From a virus, in the IMG/VR virus record IMGVR_UViG_3300023109_000007, positions 73,747 through 137,746 of that record: 64,000 nucleotides of DNA. The stretch is one strand, 5' to 3'. Shown here piece after piece: positions 49,801-58,045 of this stretch. Each line of letters begins with the position of its first letter. Position 1 is the first letter of the stretch. The translations under genes and the position numbers were made by a program. The notes under the pieces are model-generated. The model searched no databases, had not been told where the DNA came from, and worked only from the letters and a program-made list of their open reading frames with translations.

Positions 49801-50078
49801 CTTCAGCAAGCATTAGCGAGTTCTCAACAGACCCATTCTTCACTGCTAACAGTGATACAGTTGTGCCAACTCAACGTGCGATTAAAGCGTACATTGAAGC
49901 ACAAATTGGTGGCGGTGGTGCGTCACTTAACGTTAACAGTGTAACAGCTGGTGAGATTTTCATTGCAGGTAATACTATTACAACCATCACTGACCCAGTG
50001 ATAAATATACAAGCGAAGATGAATTTCCAAGGCGGGGTAGTTGGACTACCAATAGCATATAATTACTTCTTAAGATAA
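43818..50078 (+). CDS. Giant virion protein with tandem phycobiliprotein/globin-like repeats, beta-helix and propeller
   Basis: Five C-x-[RK]-D repeats; C-terminal part colinear with 35976..41741 (SLDPGWGP, SPY, NDFTQV, GHDFLDIGTG, TDQDGNFRAG); GGAGG SD and TAATG coupling. Confidence 0.75.
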   Translation: MATVFERVQSLGEIITDAVTAGVDTNVPPREIRNSLVKVATGTYTEVLPIRVPAETCIIGDELRSTNVQPRKATNATLTPRKDFRFSHHALNRLTEIIGDVVDGTSVTPTSGNNVTQFAQFPLGQPAERDSAEMLSKILIRNIDSSLQTQLGREIPASASTDGDFQKAADMISINKEFIQQEVIAYIKDQYPNLDYSRTSCKKDVAFISDAVVYDLVYTGNWQSIQAGLAYYDGSTGNLQIDSEEKTATIAAYTHLKDVLKQIGRSTAVSPQYSTGGAAQFLGDGGSVAASTAIDGLVDDIITIINLGPDNAPTITYPNVAGVAAGLTGASTTLLTKYTDIKEGAIDFISKNFGSFRYNATTCRRDLGRILTDVALDVALGTNYNAVFNGISYTRPVNAYNLQTQRTETSGAIRFAKGQAGAALTDATALSRSNAAFDEILDILDNSSIYTTGAVPGDGLADALSLPTGLSSADQTNAAAQLDANRVFIAADVNAYVAATYPSLTYDAAKCARDVGYILDALRYDILYGGNSASIRIAQSYFGSTGAAYPAGQITETAAAYTHMKSILDDIIEETSITPQTGNTETQNTAGTAGTSTESTTAQNNLQVTIDAITAGNTDSLPTTVFPNLATLGVSGTLQTEKAAIDTAQPTIILDTIQYINTTYSDFKYNQAKCMRDIGLILDAARYDWQLGSNFAGMVAAMSYLRRPSAKVRDEQKAASLASFKYAKEQAKLNVGGDATAIAGLETTFEWIDNVLFGGSNEGSNRQTDEFNVYAARRQLELNKEFIKEELTTKVNNFFKGTSSEIGAANIITISSTNWLHLGMEIKFDSILTGVPEIVEGQTYYVRTIVDGTHFTISETYGGAEHTLNQSTTGTMNILPVYEYNTTLCKRDIDSYIDAIKEDMTWPANYRRDYTDSISCVYPGIYKTRYAARYYVNSVIGSQEEDFYYLRNGTGIRLQTLQGLDGDLSPNNALGTKRPTAGAVCSLDPGWGPNDEDVWIISRSPYVQNCTTFGNAAVGQKIDGALHNGGNDSIVSNDFTQVISNGIGAWITNNGRAELVSVFTYYAHIGYLAENGGRIRATNGNNSYGSFGSVAEGVDPFETPITGIVDNKSQYNATVVSVESDADKLFSFEYSHMGSDYTVVNYDIFGPGDGEVIEGDEFRDDGVFNVRILDLDDSSGELGGSGYVNVQNTAQSGTTTSLTLAATDGNISSAYPGMKVFVTGGNGVGQHAIVKAYNSGSKQADIVRETETVLTAGSFVTSDLYRIDELGTTDFTLISSLTNPQPGQIFSATGAGAGDGKATKVVDGWDHHVKGTTIVAPNSSSTYVIEPQAFFDAPTAPNATTADRAQSRTFEDTVYAETAKLYSAVGVTTYSGTFGADATFNITRNGSKYFVDIAGGGRNYARLETITLAGTSMDGATPANDITVTVTSVNSATGAITGIDFAGFGRAGQFVSVTAGAEVQLSVDGTTWTEVTLPGAAPTGQVRIATGLIFDGSSLLRDSATVIVAQTSTNANNIWYATDDLTSWTNTTLTGATINQPIDIAFGSGKFMVVHAGSDSHFFSEDGGVNWTEKASTLPATGYELVTYGQGKFVAVDKVTANVAYIDQLQATLSGTWQIQTLPNADNWADIAYGNNRFVIVSNNNNRGALSVDGGDTWSEITLPSGAYSSIAYGQGVFGATRTDSTNVAYSEFGNEWQEISVGDNSGPIAFGNPQRTGVFSVNGTGAGTTHNLLTIGSRARGRAGVASEKVFEIRLTDPGSNYLGAEAPKAYIYDPNNIYDVVVETRVGKGVVGQPSFANRGSGFISASAEVNAASSNGVADFFQTGTFVAVRRLTERPIAGSNVVFGSLPDKTFKLVNIVSFVGDEPGTYTAFLNLSPQMSVVDAPVDGDSVTLRIRYSQVRLTGHDFLDIGTGGFQTTNYPGLPTIDPDQTTETRVGGGGRVFFTTTDQDGNFRAGDLFSIEQSTGIATLNADAFNIAGLQELSLGEVTLGGASASISEFSTDPFFTANSDTVVPTQRAIKAYIEAQIGGGGASLNVNSVTAGEIFIAGNTITTITDPVINIQAKMNFQGGVVGLPIAYNYFLR

Positions 50079-50097
50079 GAAAATGGAGACATAAAAA

Positions 50098-50418
50098 ATG
50101 GCAAACGGAAGATTAGGAGCAGCAGATCTTGCAGCAGGCGTAGACACAAGTGTTTATACTGTACCAGAAACAACTTTCTCAGTTGTTACTGTTGCTTTTT
50201 GTAATAGAAGCGCAAGTCCAAGAAACATTAGACTTGCAATGGCAACATCAGGAACACCAACAAATGCAGATTATTTAGAATATGATGTAGAATTGTTGGG
50301 TTACGGTGTTGTTGAGAGAACAGGTATTGTTGCAGATACAGGTAAACAAATTGTTGTCAGATCAGATGACGCTGACGTTACTTGCATTGTAATGGGACTT
50401 GAAACAGCAACAGAATAA
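50098..50418 (+). CDS. Small beta-sandwich virion protein
   Basis: TSVYTVP...VVTVAFCNR...YLEYD...ERTGIV; GGAG SD; GATAAATA at 50000-50007. Confidence 0.7.
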   Translation: MANGRLGAADLAAGVDTSVYTVPETTFSVVTVAFCNRSASPRNIRLAMATSGTPTNADYLEYDVELLGYGVVERTGIVADTGKQIVVRSDDADVTCIVMGLETATE

Positions 50419-50428
50419 GGACAGTAAC

Positions 50429-50770
50429 ATGGGTAGAAAAACACACCAAGGTGCAGTAGGCGCAGGAAAAGTTCAAAAATTTCCAAACGTTGATGCTTCT
50501 ACAAGTGTAGCAGCAGATGTTAATAAAACATACTGGGTTGATACGAGTTCAGGAGGTTTAACATTAACACTTCCTTCAGTTCCAGCAAAAGGCGATGCTG
50601 TTCGAATTTTCGACGCAGGTTATACTTTTGATACAAACAACTTAACAGTTGCACGTAACGGACAACTAGTTATGGGACTCGACGAAGATCTAACAGTTAA
50701 TACTCAAGGCGCTGCATTTGATCTAGTATACTATAATCCCAGCCGCGGCTGGAGAATCTACACAACTTAA
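50429..50770 (+). CDS. Tail-fibre-associated protein
   Basis: YWVDTSSG..TLTLP..P..GD.V.I.D....F.TNNLTVARNG motif; ATG at 50429 with AAGGA SD preferred over the track start at 50399. Confidence 0.7.
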   Translation: MGRKTHQGAVGAGKVQKFPNVDASTSVAADVNKTYWVDTSSGGLTLTLPSVPAKGDAVRIFDAGYTFDTNNLTVARNGQLVMGLDEDLTVNTQGAAFDLVYYNPSRGWRIYTT

Positions 50771-50784
50771 GGAACGCAACTAAT

Positions 50785-51738
50785 ATGGCTTTATATTCAG
50801 CATTTAAAAAGATCGACTCGTTCGCTGTTGTAGACCTACAGATTCAAACTGTAGATATCGAAAATGATACAGTACAATCAGCTAAGATAGCTGACGGTGC
50901 TGTTACAGCAGCTAAGATTGCTTCAGGAGCAGTTACATCAGATAAATTGTCTGCTTCATTAGATCTTAGTTCAAAAACAGTTACTTATAGACCAATTGTA
51001 AATAGTGACTTGTCTAGTAGTGCTGGTATAACAAGTGGTAAACTTGCAGGCGGAGCTGTTGTTGCTAACTTAGGTTATACACCAGTAAACAAAAGTGGCG
51101 ACACTATGACTGGCAGACTTAATACTATATCAGGTAGTGCAAGTTCGCCAGCTATTAGAGGTTCAAGTGACGGTAACACAGGCATTTATTTTCCGAGTGG
51201 TGATGATATGCGCTTTAGTGTTAACGGCAATGATGCAATGCAAATTGATAGTAGTGCTAGAGTTAGATATCCTCAAAAGCCAGCTTTTGCTGCTGCAGGA
51301 CGACCAGGATGGTTATATTCTAACTCATATGGCGGTACAGGTTATAGAGAACTAAATTCAATTATGAATTGGGAAGTAAGCCATCAGTATGGAGGTTCAA
51401 ACTATAATACTAGTAACGGACGCTACACTGCTCCTGTAGCGGGCTGGTATCACTTCTCAACTATGTGGTATTTACTTAACAACTCTAACGGTACTAACAG
51501 TTACATACATGCATTTATTAGTAGAAACGGAGATCAAGGTACAACACCAACAGGTAGAACACCTTATACAATGAACATGCACGGTAACAGAAATAACTAC
51601 GATGACGGTGCAAACTATAATAGTGTATTGTATTTAAACTCTGGACAATATGTAAGTTTGTATGTTCGTTGGCATGCAAACGGCAACTCAAGACACCACG
51701 CAGGTCACCATATCTTTAGTGGACATTTGGTAGGATAA
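50785..51738 (+). CDS. Fibre protein with C-terminal C1q/TNF-like domain (paralogue 1)
   Basis: AVT.AKIA repeats; LGYTPVNK.GDTM.G; PAF...GRYTAPVAGWYHFS...L.SGQYVS...FSGHLVG. Confidence 0.75.
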   Translation: MALYSAFKKIDSFAVVDLQIQTVDIENDTVQSAKIADGAVTAAKIASGAVTSDKLSASLDLSSKTVTYRPIVNSDLSSSAGITSGKLAGGAVVANLGYTPVNKSGDTMTGRLNTISGSASSPAIRGSSDGNTGIYFPSGDDMRFSVNGNDAMQIDSSARVRYPQKPAFAAAGRPGWLYSNSYGGTGYRELNSIMNWEVSHQYGGSNYNTSNGRYTAPVAGWYHFSTMWYLLNNSNGTNSYIHAFISRNGDQGTTPTGRTPYTMNMHGNRNNYDDGANYNSVLYLNSGQYVSLYVRWHANGNSRHHAGHHIFSGHLVG

Positions 51739-51742
51739 AGCA

Positions 51743-52669
51743 ATGGCAGTATATAATACATTTAAGAAAATTTCAACAAGAGCTGTTATTGACGGTGAAG
51801 TTGAAAATGCAAAGTTAGCAGACGGCGCAGTTGGCACAACAGAACTTGCTAATAGTGCAGCACAAACAGTTGAAATTAATAATGGAGCAGTAACAACTGG
51901 TAAACTAAATTCAAATCTTGATATTAGTGGTAAAACTGTAGTATATAGAGCAATGGTTGATGGAGACTTTGCAAGTGGTGCTATTGCAGGATCAAAACTT
52001 GCAAGTTCTGCTTCTGTAGATAACTTAGGGTATACACCAGTTAATAAAGTCGGCGACACAATGTCCGGACAAATTATTTACGATAATGCTAACTATGTTG
52101 CTAGTTCGGGTGCTACAACAAGTGGACTTAGATTTAGTGCAGATAATATTGAAATAAGATCAGGCGGTAATTTAAAATTCCAATTTGACGGAAGCGGTAG
52201 ACCATTAGAAGCTGATAGACCAGCTTGGGTAGCTAGTGGTAACGGCGGCTGGAGATATGCAAACTCTTACGGAGGCCCAGGCGGTTGGAGAGAACTTGAC
52301 GACATGGGTTACCAATATAGTACCAGCGGTGGCATTACAACAAGTAATAACTGTCGTGTTACAGCTCCTGTAGCAGGTTACTACTATGTGTATCTACAAA
52401 GTTATTTTTATAATGACAACAATAACTCCAATGGTTATACACACTGGAATATTAGTAAGAACAGCTCCATTGGCACATCAACAACAGGCCGAGTGCCGCA
52501 CACAATTTTCTCACATGGTGTTAGAAACAACTATACTCCTGGTATTATGTGCGGAATCGTAACATATATGAATGCCGGACAATATGTTTCGCCACAACCA
52601 TATTGGGGCGGCAACCAAGGTAGACACCACGGAAACCACACACAGTGGTGCGGATATTTGATAGGATAA
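51743..52669 (+). CDS. Fibre protein with C1q-like domain (paralogue 2)
   Basis: RVTAPVAGYYYV...MNAGQYVS...WCGYLIG. Confidence 0.75.
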   Translation: MAVYNTFKKISTRAVIDGEVENAKLADGAVGTTELANSAAQTVEINNGAVTTGKLNSNLDISGKTVVYRAMVDGDFASGAIAGSKLASSASVDNLGYTPVNKVGDTMSGQIIYDNANYVASSGATTSGLRFSADNIEIRSGGNLKFQFDGSGRPLEADRPAWVASGNGGWRYANSYGGPGGWRELDDMGYQYSTSGGITTSNNCRVTAPVAGYYYVYLQSYFYNDNNNSNGYTHWNISKNSSIGTSTTGRVPHTIFSHGVRNNYTPGIMCGIVTYMNAGQYVSPQPYWGGNQGRHHGNHTQWCGYLIG

Positions 52670-52672
52670 AAC

Positions 52673-53608
52673 ATGGCATTATATGATACATTTAAAAAGA
52701 TTGACGCACATGCACTTGTAGATGGAAGTTTACAATCACAAGATATTGGTGCAGCACAAGTTACAGATACTAAAATTGGATCCAATCAAGTTAGTACAGA
52801 TCAATTAGGTGACGGTGCTGTTTCAGGAACACAGCTGGCTGGTAGCATTGATATATCAAGCAAAACAGTTACTTATAGAACTGTTACAAACGCCGACATA
52901 TCAGGAAGTGCAGCTATTGCAGGTTCAAAACTTGCAAGCGGCGCAGCAACCGGTAACTTAGGATATACTCCTATGAACAAAGCTGGCGACCAAGTAACAA
53001 ACCTAAGGTTATCAAACGGTTCAACAGGTACAACATCATTAGGGCCAAGTGGAGATAACAATACGGGTATTAACTTTAGCGGTAATGATACTATATTGCT
53101 TACAGGTGGCCAAGAAGCTATGCGTACTAGAGGAAACAATGTTACTAGAGAACGTTCTCCAATGTTCCACTCAACAGGTACTAGTGGTTGGAGATATAAT
53201 AATTCATACGGAGGCTATGGCTGGAGAGAATTAAACGGAAACTTTGGCTGGAGTTCATACCAACGTGGCGGTACTAACTTCCAAAACGGTAATGGTAGAT
53301 TTTATGCACCTGTTGCAGGATTTTATCAATTCCAATTCCAAACATATTGTCGTAACGACACAAATGGTACTGATGGATATGTACACTTCAGTTTTGGTAA
53401 AAACGGTGGTGTTGCTATGCACGGCGGTAGAACACCACATGGTATTTGGAGACACGGCGGTAGAAACAACTATGCGCACGGATTGTATGCAGATCTAGGA
53501 ACATATATGAATGCTGGTCAATATGTAAGCGTTTGGATATTCTGGCGTAACTCACAAACAAGATTCCACGGCGCTCATAGTATCTTTAACGGATACCAAA
53601 TTGCATAA
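52673..53608 (+). CDS. Fibre protein with C1q-like domain (paralogue 3)
   Basis: GRFYAPVAGFYQFQ...MNAGQYVS...FNGYQIA. Confidence 0.75.
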   Translation: MALYDTFKKIDAHALVDGSLQSQDIGAAQVTDTKIGSNQVSTDQLGDGAVSGTQLAGSIDISSKTVTYRTVTNADISGSAAIAGSKLASGAATGNLGYTPMNKAGDQVTNLRLSNGSTGTTSLGPSGDNNTGINFSGNDTILLTGGQEAMRTRGNNVTRERSPMFHSTGTSGWRYNNSYGGYGWRELNGNFGWSSYQRGGTNFQNGNGRFYAPVAGFYQFQFQTYCRNDTNGTDGYVHFSFGKNGGVAMHGGRTPHGIWRHGGRNNYAHGLYADLGTYMNAGQYVSVWIFWRNSQTRFHGAHSIFNGYQIA

Positions 53609-53630
53609 ATACTTATAAGGACGATAAACA

Positions 53631-53873
53631 ATGAGAAACATTACTTTTGAAATAACAGATATGGAGTATAAGGTTCTAGCAAACCAAGCACTAGACCCAG
53701 AAGGTTGGGTAGAGAATGCTGTAGGTCATGTAGTAGAATTAGCCAAAGATGAAATGGTTAACCTCGAAATGACTAGAATGTTTGAAGACCCTAATACAAC
53801 ACAAATGACAACTAATAGAGATGAAATTGTAGCAAACTACGGTGGATCTTTACTAGGTAACCCGAATAGCTAA
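53631..53873 (+). CDS. Small protein, possible fibre chaperone (paralogue of 53889)
   Basis: ITFEITDMEYKVL...DPEGW vs FTVQISDADYKAL...NPNQY; CATAAATA promoter at 53604-53611. Confidence 0.65.
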   Translation: MRNITFEITDMEYKVLANQALDPEGWVENAVGHVVELAKDEMVNLEMTRMFEDPNTTQMTTNRDEIVANYGGSLLGNPNS

Positions 53874-53888
53874 TAGGAGAGAGATAAC

Positions 53889-54236
53889 ATGGCCCATTCA
53901 TTTACAGTACAAATAAGTGATGCTGATTACAAAGCTCTTTGCTACGTAACAGATAACCCAAATCAATACTGTGACGATAAAGTTACAGGATACATTCTAG
54001 AAATGGTAGACAGTGTTGCTGACGCATTGGTTAGAGAAGAATTTTCAAAACCAGGCACACGTAATATACCTGCTACAAAAGAAGGTGTTATTCAAGCAGC
54101 TACACTAAAAACAGCAGCACAACACCAAGCAGATACAACAGCAAAAATGGAACGTATGATGATAGATCCAGATGACATTGATGAAGATGTTGATGGCACA
54201 GGTGCATCATCTATGTACATACCAGAAGGTATTTAA
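53889..54236 (+). CDS. Small protein, possible fibre chaperone
   Basis: AGGAG SD; paralogous to 53631. Confidence 0.65.
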   Translation: MAHSFTVQISDADYKALCYVTDNPNQYCDDKVTGYILEMVDSVADALVREEFSKPGTRNIPATKEGVIQAATLKTAAQHQADTTAKMERMMIDPDDIDEDVDGTGASSMYIPEGI

Positions 54237-55750
54237 TATATAAATCGTTCTAAATAATTATAATGAGATAGGCTCTTATCACTAATACTTTGATAGAGTC
54301 TATTTTTTTGACTTACAGTATTTTCCCAATTTTTTGATGTAACTAGCGGACTTCCTGTAACAAAACTAGTCCAGTCAACACTCAACGGGTTATGTGAATA
54401 ATAATGCATGCCTACTAGTATATCCGGCAATCCAGCACTATCATTAGATGTAGTATGATTTACAGTATAATTATGAGCAAGATCAATGCTTTCATCTGAA
54501 TCAATACTTATATTTTCTGTAACATGTTTCCAATATTTTGTATCCTTACGGCTACTAGCAATGTAGTGGTATGCTACAAATTCTTTAAATGTATCTAACA
54601 TATTAGCACAAAAATAATTAAAGTTTTTTACTTGTAAACTTCCTACGTTATCATTGTACAGTGTCTCGCATAATGCAAGTAACATTTCCTGTGTACTAAG
54701 TAACCCAGTTGATTCTAACGGTTCAATAAACCCATATGCAAGTCCAACTCCAACAACATTGTTCTTCCAACAAACATCGTGTCGTCCATTTTTGATTTTA
54801 ACTAATCTAAAATTAAGTTCGTTAGGATTTTTTCCTAACTGTTGTATATATTGCTTGTATTCTATTAATGCATCATCTTCGCTAATAAAGTCAGTACAAA
54901 ATACATAGCCGCTGCCTGCTCTATGATATAAAGGTATATTCCAAATCCATCCATTATTATATGCAGTACAATTTGTTACATTTTCTATTTCAGCATCTTT
55001 ATCATCATATGGTAAATGACAAGTCCAAGCTCTGTCATTAGGTAACTGGTCCTTAAAACTTGTAAACGGAACCTTCATTGTTTGTTCAAGCAACAAACTT
55101 CTAAAGCCACTACAATCTACAAATAAATCTCCGTGTATAGTATGATTGTTACACTTTAAACAATGTATGTTGTCGTCATGCAATTCAACATCTTGTATAG
55201 TGTCTTGAATATAATTTACACCTTTTGGTATACATACCTTTTCTTTTAGAAATTCACCAAACGCTGCTGCATCCATATGATATGCTGCATCTTTAGTAAA
55301 GTTAAAGTTACCAACCTTTGTAGCTGGTATTTTATTATCGTATACAAATGGCATTATACTGTAAAAAGTGTCGTAGTAATCTTTAATGGGCAAGTCTTTA
55401 TTGTATGCTTTTTTGATCATCCAATCGTCAATACCTCGACTGTTAGAAAAATCTTTATCACCAAACGGATAGTAAAACGTTTCGCCTTTTTTGTAAAAAT
55501 CAGTAAATTGTATTGCAAGTTTGTATGTAGCATTACAGTAAGGCATCCAGTCTTTGTCTTCTAATCCTAACAGATTAAAAAATAGATTAATACTACCTAA
55601 TGTAGACTCTCCTACACCTACAGTTGGTATATCAGGAGACTCAATTAATGTAATGTGTTTATTTGGAAATCTAGTACAAAGAATAGCGGCGGTCATCCAT
55701 CCAGAACTACCGCCGCCAACTATTACTATATTATTCGGATTCGTCTTCAA
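54233..55750 (-). CDS. Flavin-dependent halogenase (tryptophan halogenase/PrnA family)
   Basis: GGGSSG, GVGEST, catalytic Lys in ATYKLAI, FVDCSGF, GWIWNIP, FIEPLESTG; probable TTG start at 55750 with GAGG SD. Confidence 0.9.
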   Translation of the reverse strand: MKTNPNNIVIVGGGSSGWMTAAILCTRFPNKHITLIESPDIPTVGVGESTLGSINLFFNLLGLEDKDWMPYCNATYKLAIQFTDFYKKGETFYYPFGDKDFSNSRGIDDWMIKKAYNKDLPIKDYYDTFYSIMPFVYDNKIPATKVGNFNFTKDAAYHMDAAAFGEFLKEKVCIPKGVNYIQDTIQDVELHDDNIHCLKCNNHTIHGDLFVDCSGFRSLLLEQTMKVPFTSFKDQLPNDRAWTCHLPYDDKDAEIENVTNCTAYNNGWIWNIPLYHRAGSGYVFCTDFISEDDALIEYKQYIQQLGKNPNELNFRLVKIKNGRHDVCWKNNVVGVGLAYGFIEPLESTGLLSTQEMLLALCETLYNDNVGSLQVKNFNYFCANMLDTFKEFVAYHYIASSRKDTKYWKHVTENISIDSDESIDLAHNYTVNHTTSNDSAGLPDILVGMHYYSHNPLSVDWTSFVTGSPLVTSKNWENTVSQKNRLYQSISDKSLSHYNYLERFIY

Positions 55751-57434
55751 TTTCCTCAATGTCTCCGTTGTCTTCAACTTCAACTGGTTCAAAGATTGTA
55801 TCTTTTAGGTATTGATAATGCGATGGTGCATCTTCAGCAAGCATATCAATGTATTGTTTCTTTTGATCCCAGTAATCTTGTGTCTGTTGTGAGAACATTT
55901 CAGGTACTTCACCGTTACGTGCTATCAACAAGTTTTCAAGAACACCTAATTGTGTAGGGTTTGCAGGAAGGTTATTCATACCTACAAATATATCCGGAAC
56001 GCCGCCCATATACGGATCACCTGGTAGATCGTGTGATTGTAACATTCTATTTGCCATTTCGGCCATATTAGTATGTACATCGTCATACTTTAAATCATCT
56101 ACAGTAGCGTCCATCCTTACCCACTCTGTACATTGTCTCCAATATTCAGTATCTCTTCTTCCACTAAGTGTAAAGTGGTAACCTACAAAGTTTCTAAATC
56201 CATTCATAATTTGTCTATTAACAATGTTGAATTGATCTTTGTAAACTCTGTTAACTATAGGCTTGTGCAATGTTTCGCATAACCTTAATAGTACTTCTTG
56301 TACACTTAACAGTCCAGTTGATTCTAATGGTTCAATAAACCCATATGCAAGTCCAACTCCAACAACATTAGTCTTCCATGCTGTTCTATGGCAACCGTTT
56401 TCTATTTTAATATGTTTAAACTCTAACTCGTCAACATTTTTTTCAAAGTGCATATAATCAGTATTTTTTAAATATTCTTTAAAATGTTCTAATGCATTTT
56501 CGTGATTTGTTGGACCAAGAGTACCGTCATCGTTCTCTTGTTGATGCATATACATTTTACTATCGTATACATATCCTGTACCAATTCTATTATATAGAGG
56601 AATATTCCATACCCAACCATTATCAAACGCAGTACAGTTAGTAACGTTTTCCATTTCAACTTCTTTATCGTCATATGGCAAATGACAATGCCATGCATAA
56701 TCATTTTTCAATACATCTCTAAATGAATCGTAAGGAACGTTTAATGCACCTTTTAGTAGCATTGATTTGAACCCGGTACAGTCTAAATATAAATCAGCAT
56801 CGATAACATCGCCATTGGATAATTTAAGTCCAGTTATATACTCTTCACCGTCTATATTAACTTCTGTAATATCTTCTTTAATGTGTACTACACCGTTTGG
56901 CAAACAAATTTTATCTCTTAAATAGTTACCAAATTTTGTAGCATCCATATGATAAGCAACATCAGAACTAAAGCTAAATCCTGGTAATTGTCCGTCGGCA
57001 TTATCATATACTTTGTTTTTGTATATCAACGGCATAACACTATAAAAACTTTCGTAGAAGTCATTATTAGGCGTTTCTGGATTTAATGTTTTCTTAACAT
57101 ACCAATCAGTTAGTCCTTGTTGTGTATTCTGTGTATCTTTAATACCAAACGGATAATAAAATGCTTGGCCTTTTTCATAGAAGTCTGTAAATTTAATACC
57201 AAACTTATATGTTGCATCACATTCTTTCATCCAGTCTGTATCTTTTAGACCTAGTGCATCCATGAAGCTATTAATAGTTCCAAGTGTTGATTCCCCTACT
57301 CCTACAGTTGGTATATCAGGAGATTCAACTAGTGCAATTTGCATGTCTGGAAATTGCTTTGACAGCATTGCAGCACTCATCCAACCAGCAGATCCGCCAC
57401 CGGCAATAATTATTCTTTCAATCGGTTTTCTCAT
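55731..57434 (-). CDS. Flavin-dependent halogenase (tryptophan halogenase/PrnA family)
   Basis: GGGSAG, GVGEST, ATYKFGIKF, YLDCTGF, GWVWNIP, FIEPLESTG. Confidence 0.92.
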   Translation of the reverse strand: MRKPIERIIIAGGGSAGWMSAAMLSKQFPDMQIALVESPDIPTVGVGESTLGTINSFMDALGLKDTDWMKECDATYKFGIKFTDFYEKGQAFYYPFGIKDTQNTQQGLTDWYVKKTLNPETPNNDFYESFYSVMPLIYKNKVYDNADGQLPGFSFSSDVAYHMDATKFGNYLRDKICLPNGVVHIKEDITEVNIDGEEYITGLKLSNGDVIDADLYLDCTGFKSMLLKGALNVPYDSFRDVLKNDYAWHCHLPYDDKEVEMENVTNCTAFDNGWVWNIPLYNRIGTGYVYDSKMYMHQQENDDGTLGPTNHENALEHFKEYLKNTDYMHFEKNVDELEFKHIKIENGCHRTAWKTNVVGVGLAYGFIEPLESTGLLSVQEVLLRLCETLHKPIVNRVYKDQFNIVNRQIMNGFRNFVGYHFTLSGRRDTEYWRQCTEWVRMDATVDDLKYDDVHTNMAEMANRMLQSHDLPGDPYMGGVPDIFVGMNNLPANPTQLGVLENLLIARNGEVPEMFSQQTQDYWDQKKQYIDMLAEDAPSHYQYLKDTIFEPVEVEDNGDIEEIEDESE

Positions 57435-58045
57435 AAAGCATTCCTTTTTTCTTCTTCAACATCAGATAGCCAATTAAATGCTACTGTAATTCTTGTTTCA
57501 TTCGTGGTATTTAACTGAACTTGGTGTTCTAACCAGCCAGGAAAGAGTATAAGCATGCCAGGCGATGGTCTAAACCATTCATACTCGTGTACTTGTTGTC
57601 CTGCAGGAAATAGTCCCTGTTTAGCTTGTGGTACAGGATTCTTTAATCCTATGTCACCATCTTCGCCTGATGTTTGATAATAGTATACGCCACTAATAAA
57701 GCTATCACTATGCGAGTGCCATTCTTGTCCTTGGCCTTTACTTGATTTATTAACCCAACTATGTGCCATAAAGATAGGTTTTCCAATAAAGGGTTGAACC
57801 TCTTGACAATATGCATATGTATGTTTCTTAACATATTCATGTAGATTAGTTAATTTAAAATCAGCAATTGTATTTTTGCGTGAATTAATATTAGTTTGAA
57901 TATCTTCTAACCATCCATCTGGTCTTTCAAACTTGTCTTTGTTTATTTCATCTAATGCACCTTTAATTTCATTTTGTACTAAAAAGATTTCTTCAATTTT
58001 AGGCGTATGAAAATAAACCGGCGTAGGAAACATATTTCGTATCAT
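57431..58045 (-). CDS. 2OG-Fe(II) oxygenase-like protein (TIGR02466-type, HxH)
   Basis: SWVN...WHSH..SFISGVYY...LFPGWLEHQV...RITVAFN. Confidence 0.85.
   Translation of the reverse strand: MIRNMFPTPVYFHTPKIEEIFLVQNEIKGALDEINKDKFERPDGWLEDIQTNINSRKNTIADFKLTNLHEYVKKHTYAYCQEVQPFIGKPIFMAHSWVNKSSKGQGQEWHSHSDSFISGVYYYQTSGEDGDIGLKNPVPQAKQGLFPAGQQVHEYEWFRPSPGMLILFPGWLEHQVQLNTTNETRITVAFNWLSDVEEEKRNAL

Noticed and set aside
50785-53608. Diversity-generating retroelement target/template repeats among the C1q paralogues
   Set aside because: No reverse transcriptase in the window and no near-identical repeat differing only at adenines; divergence is spread throughout.
55751-55792. Track start extensions for 54233..55792, 62606..63373, 61989..62621 and 50399..50770
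   Set aside because: They overlap neighbouring genes or promoters; downstream starts with an SD or stop-start coupling fit better.
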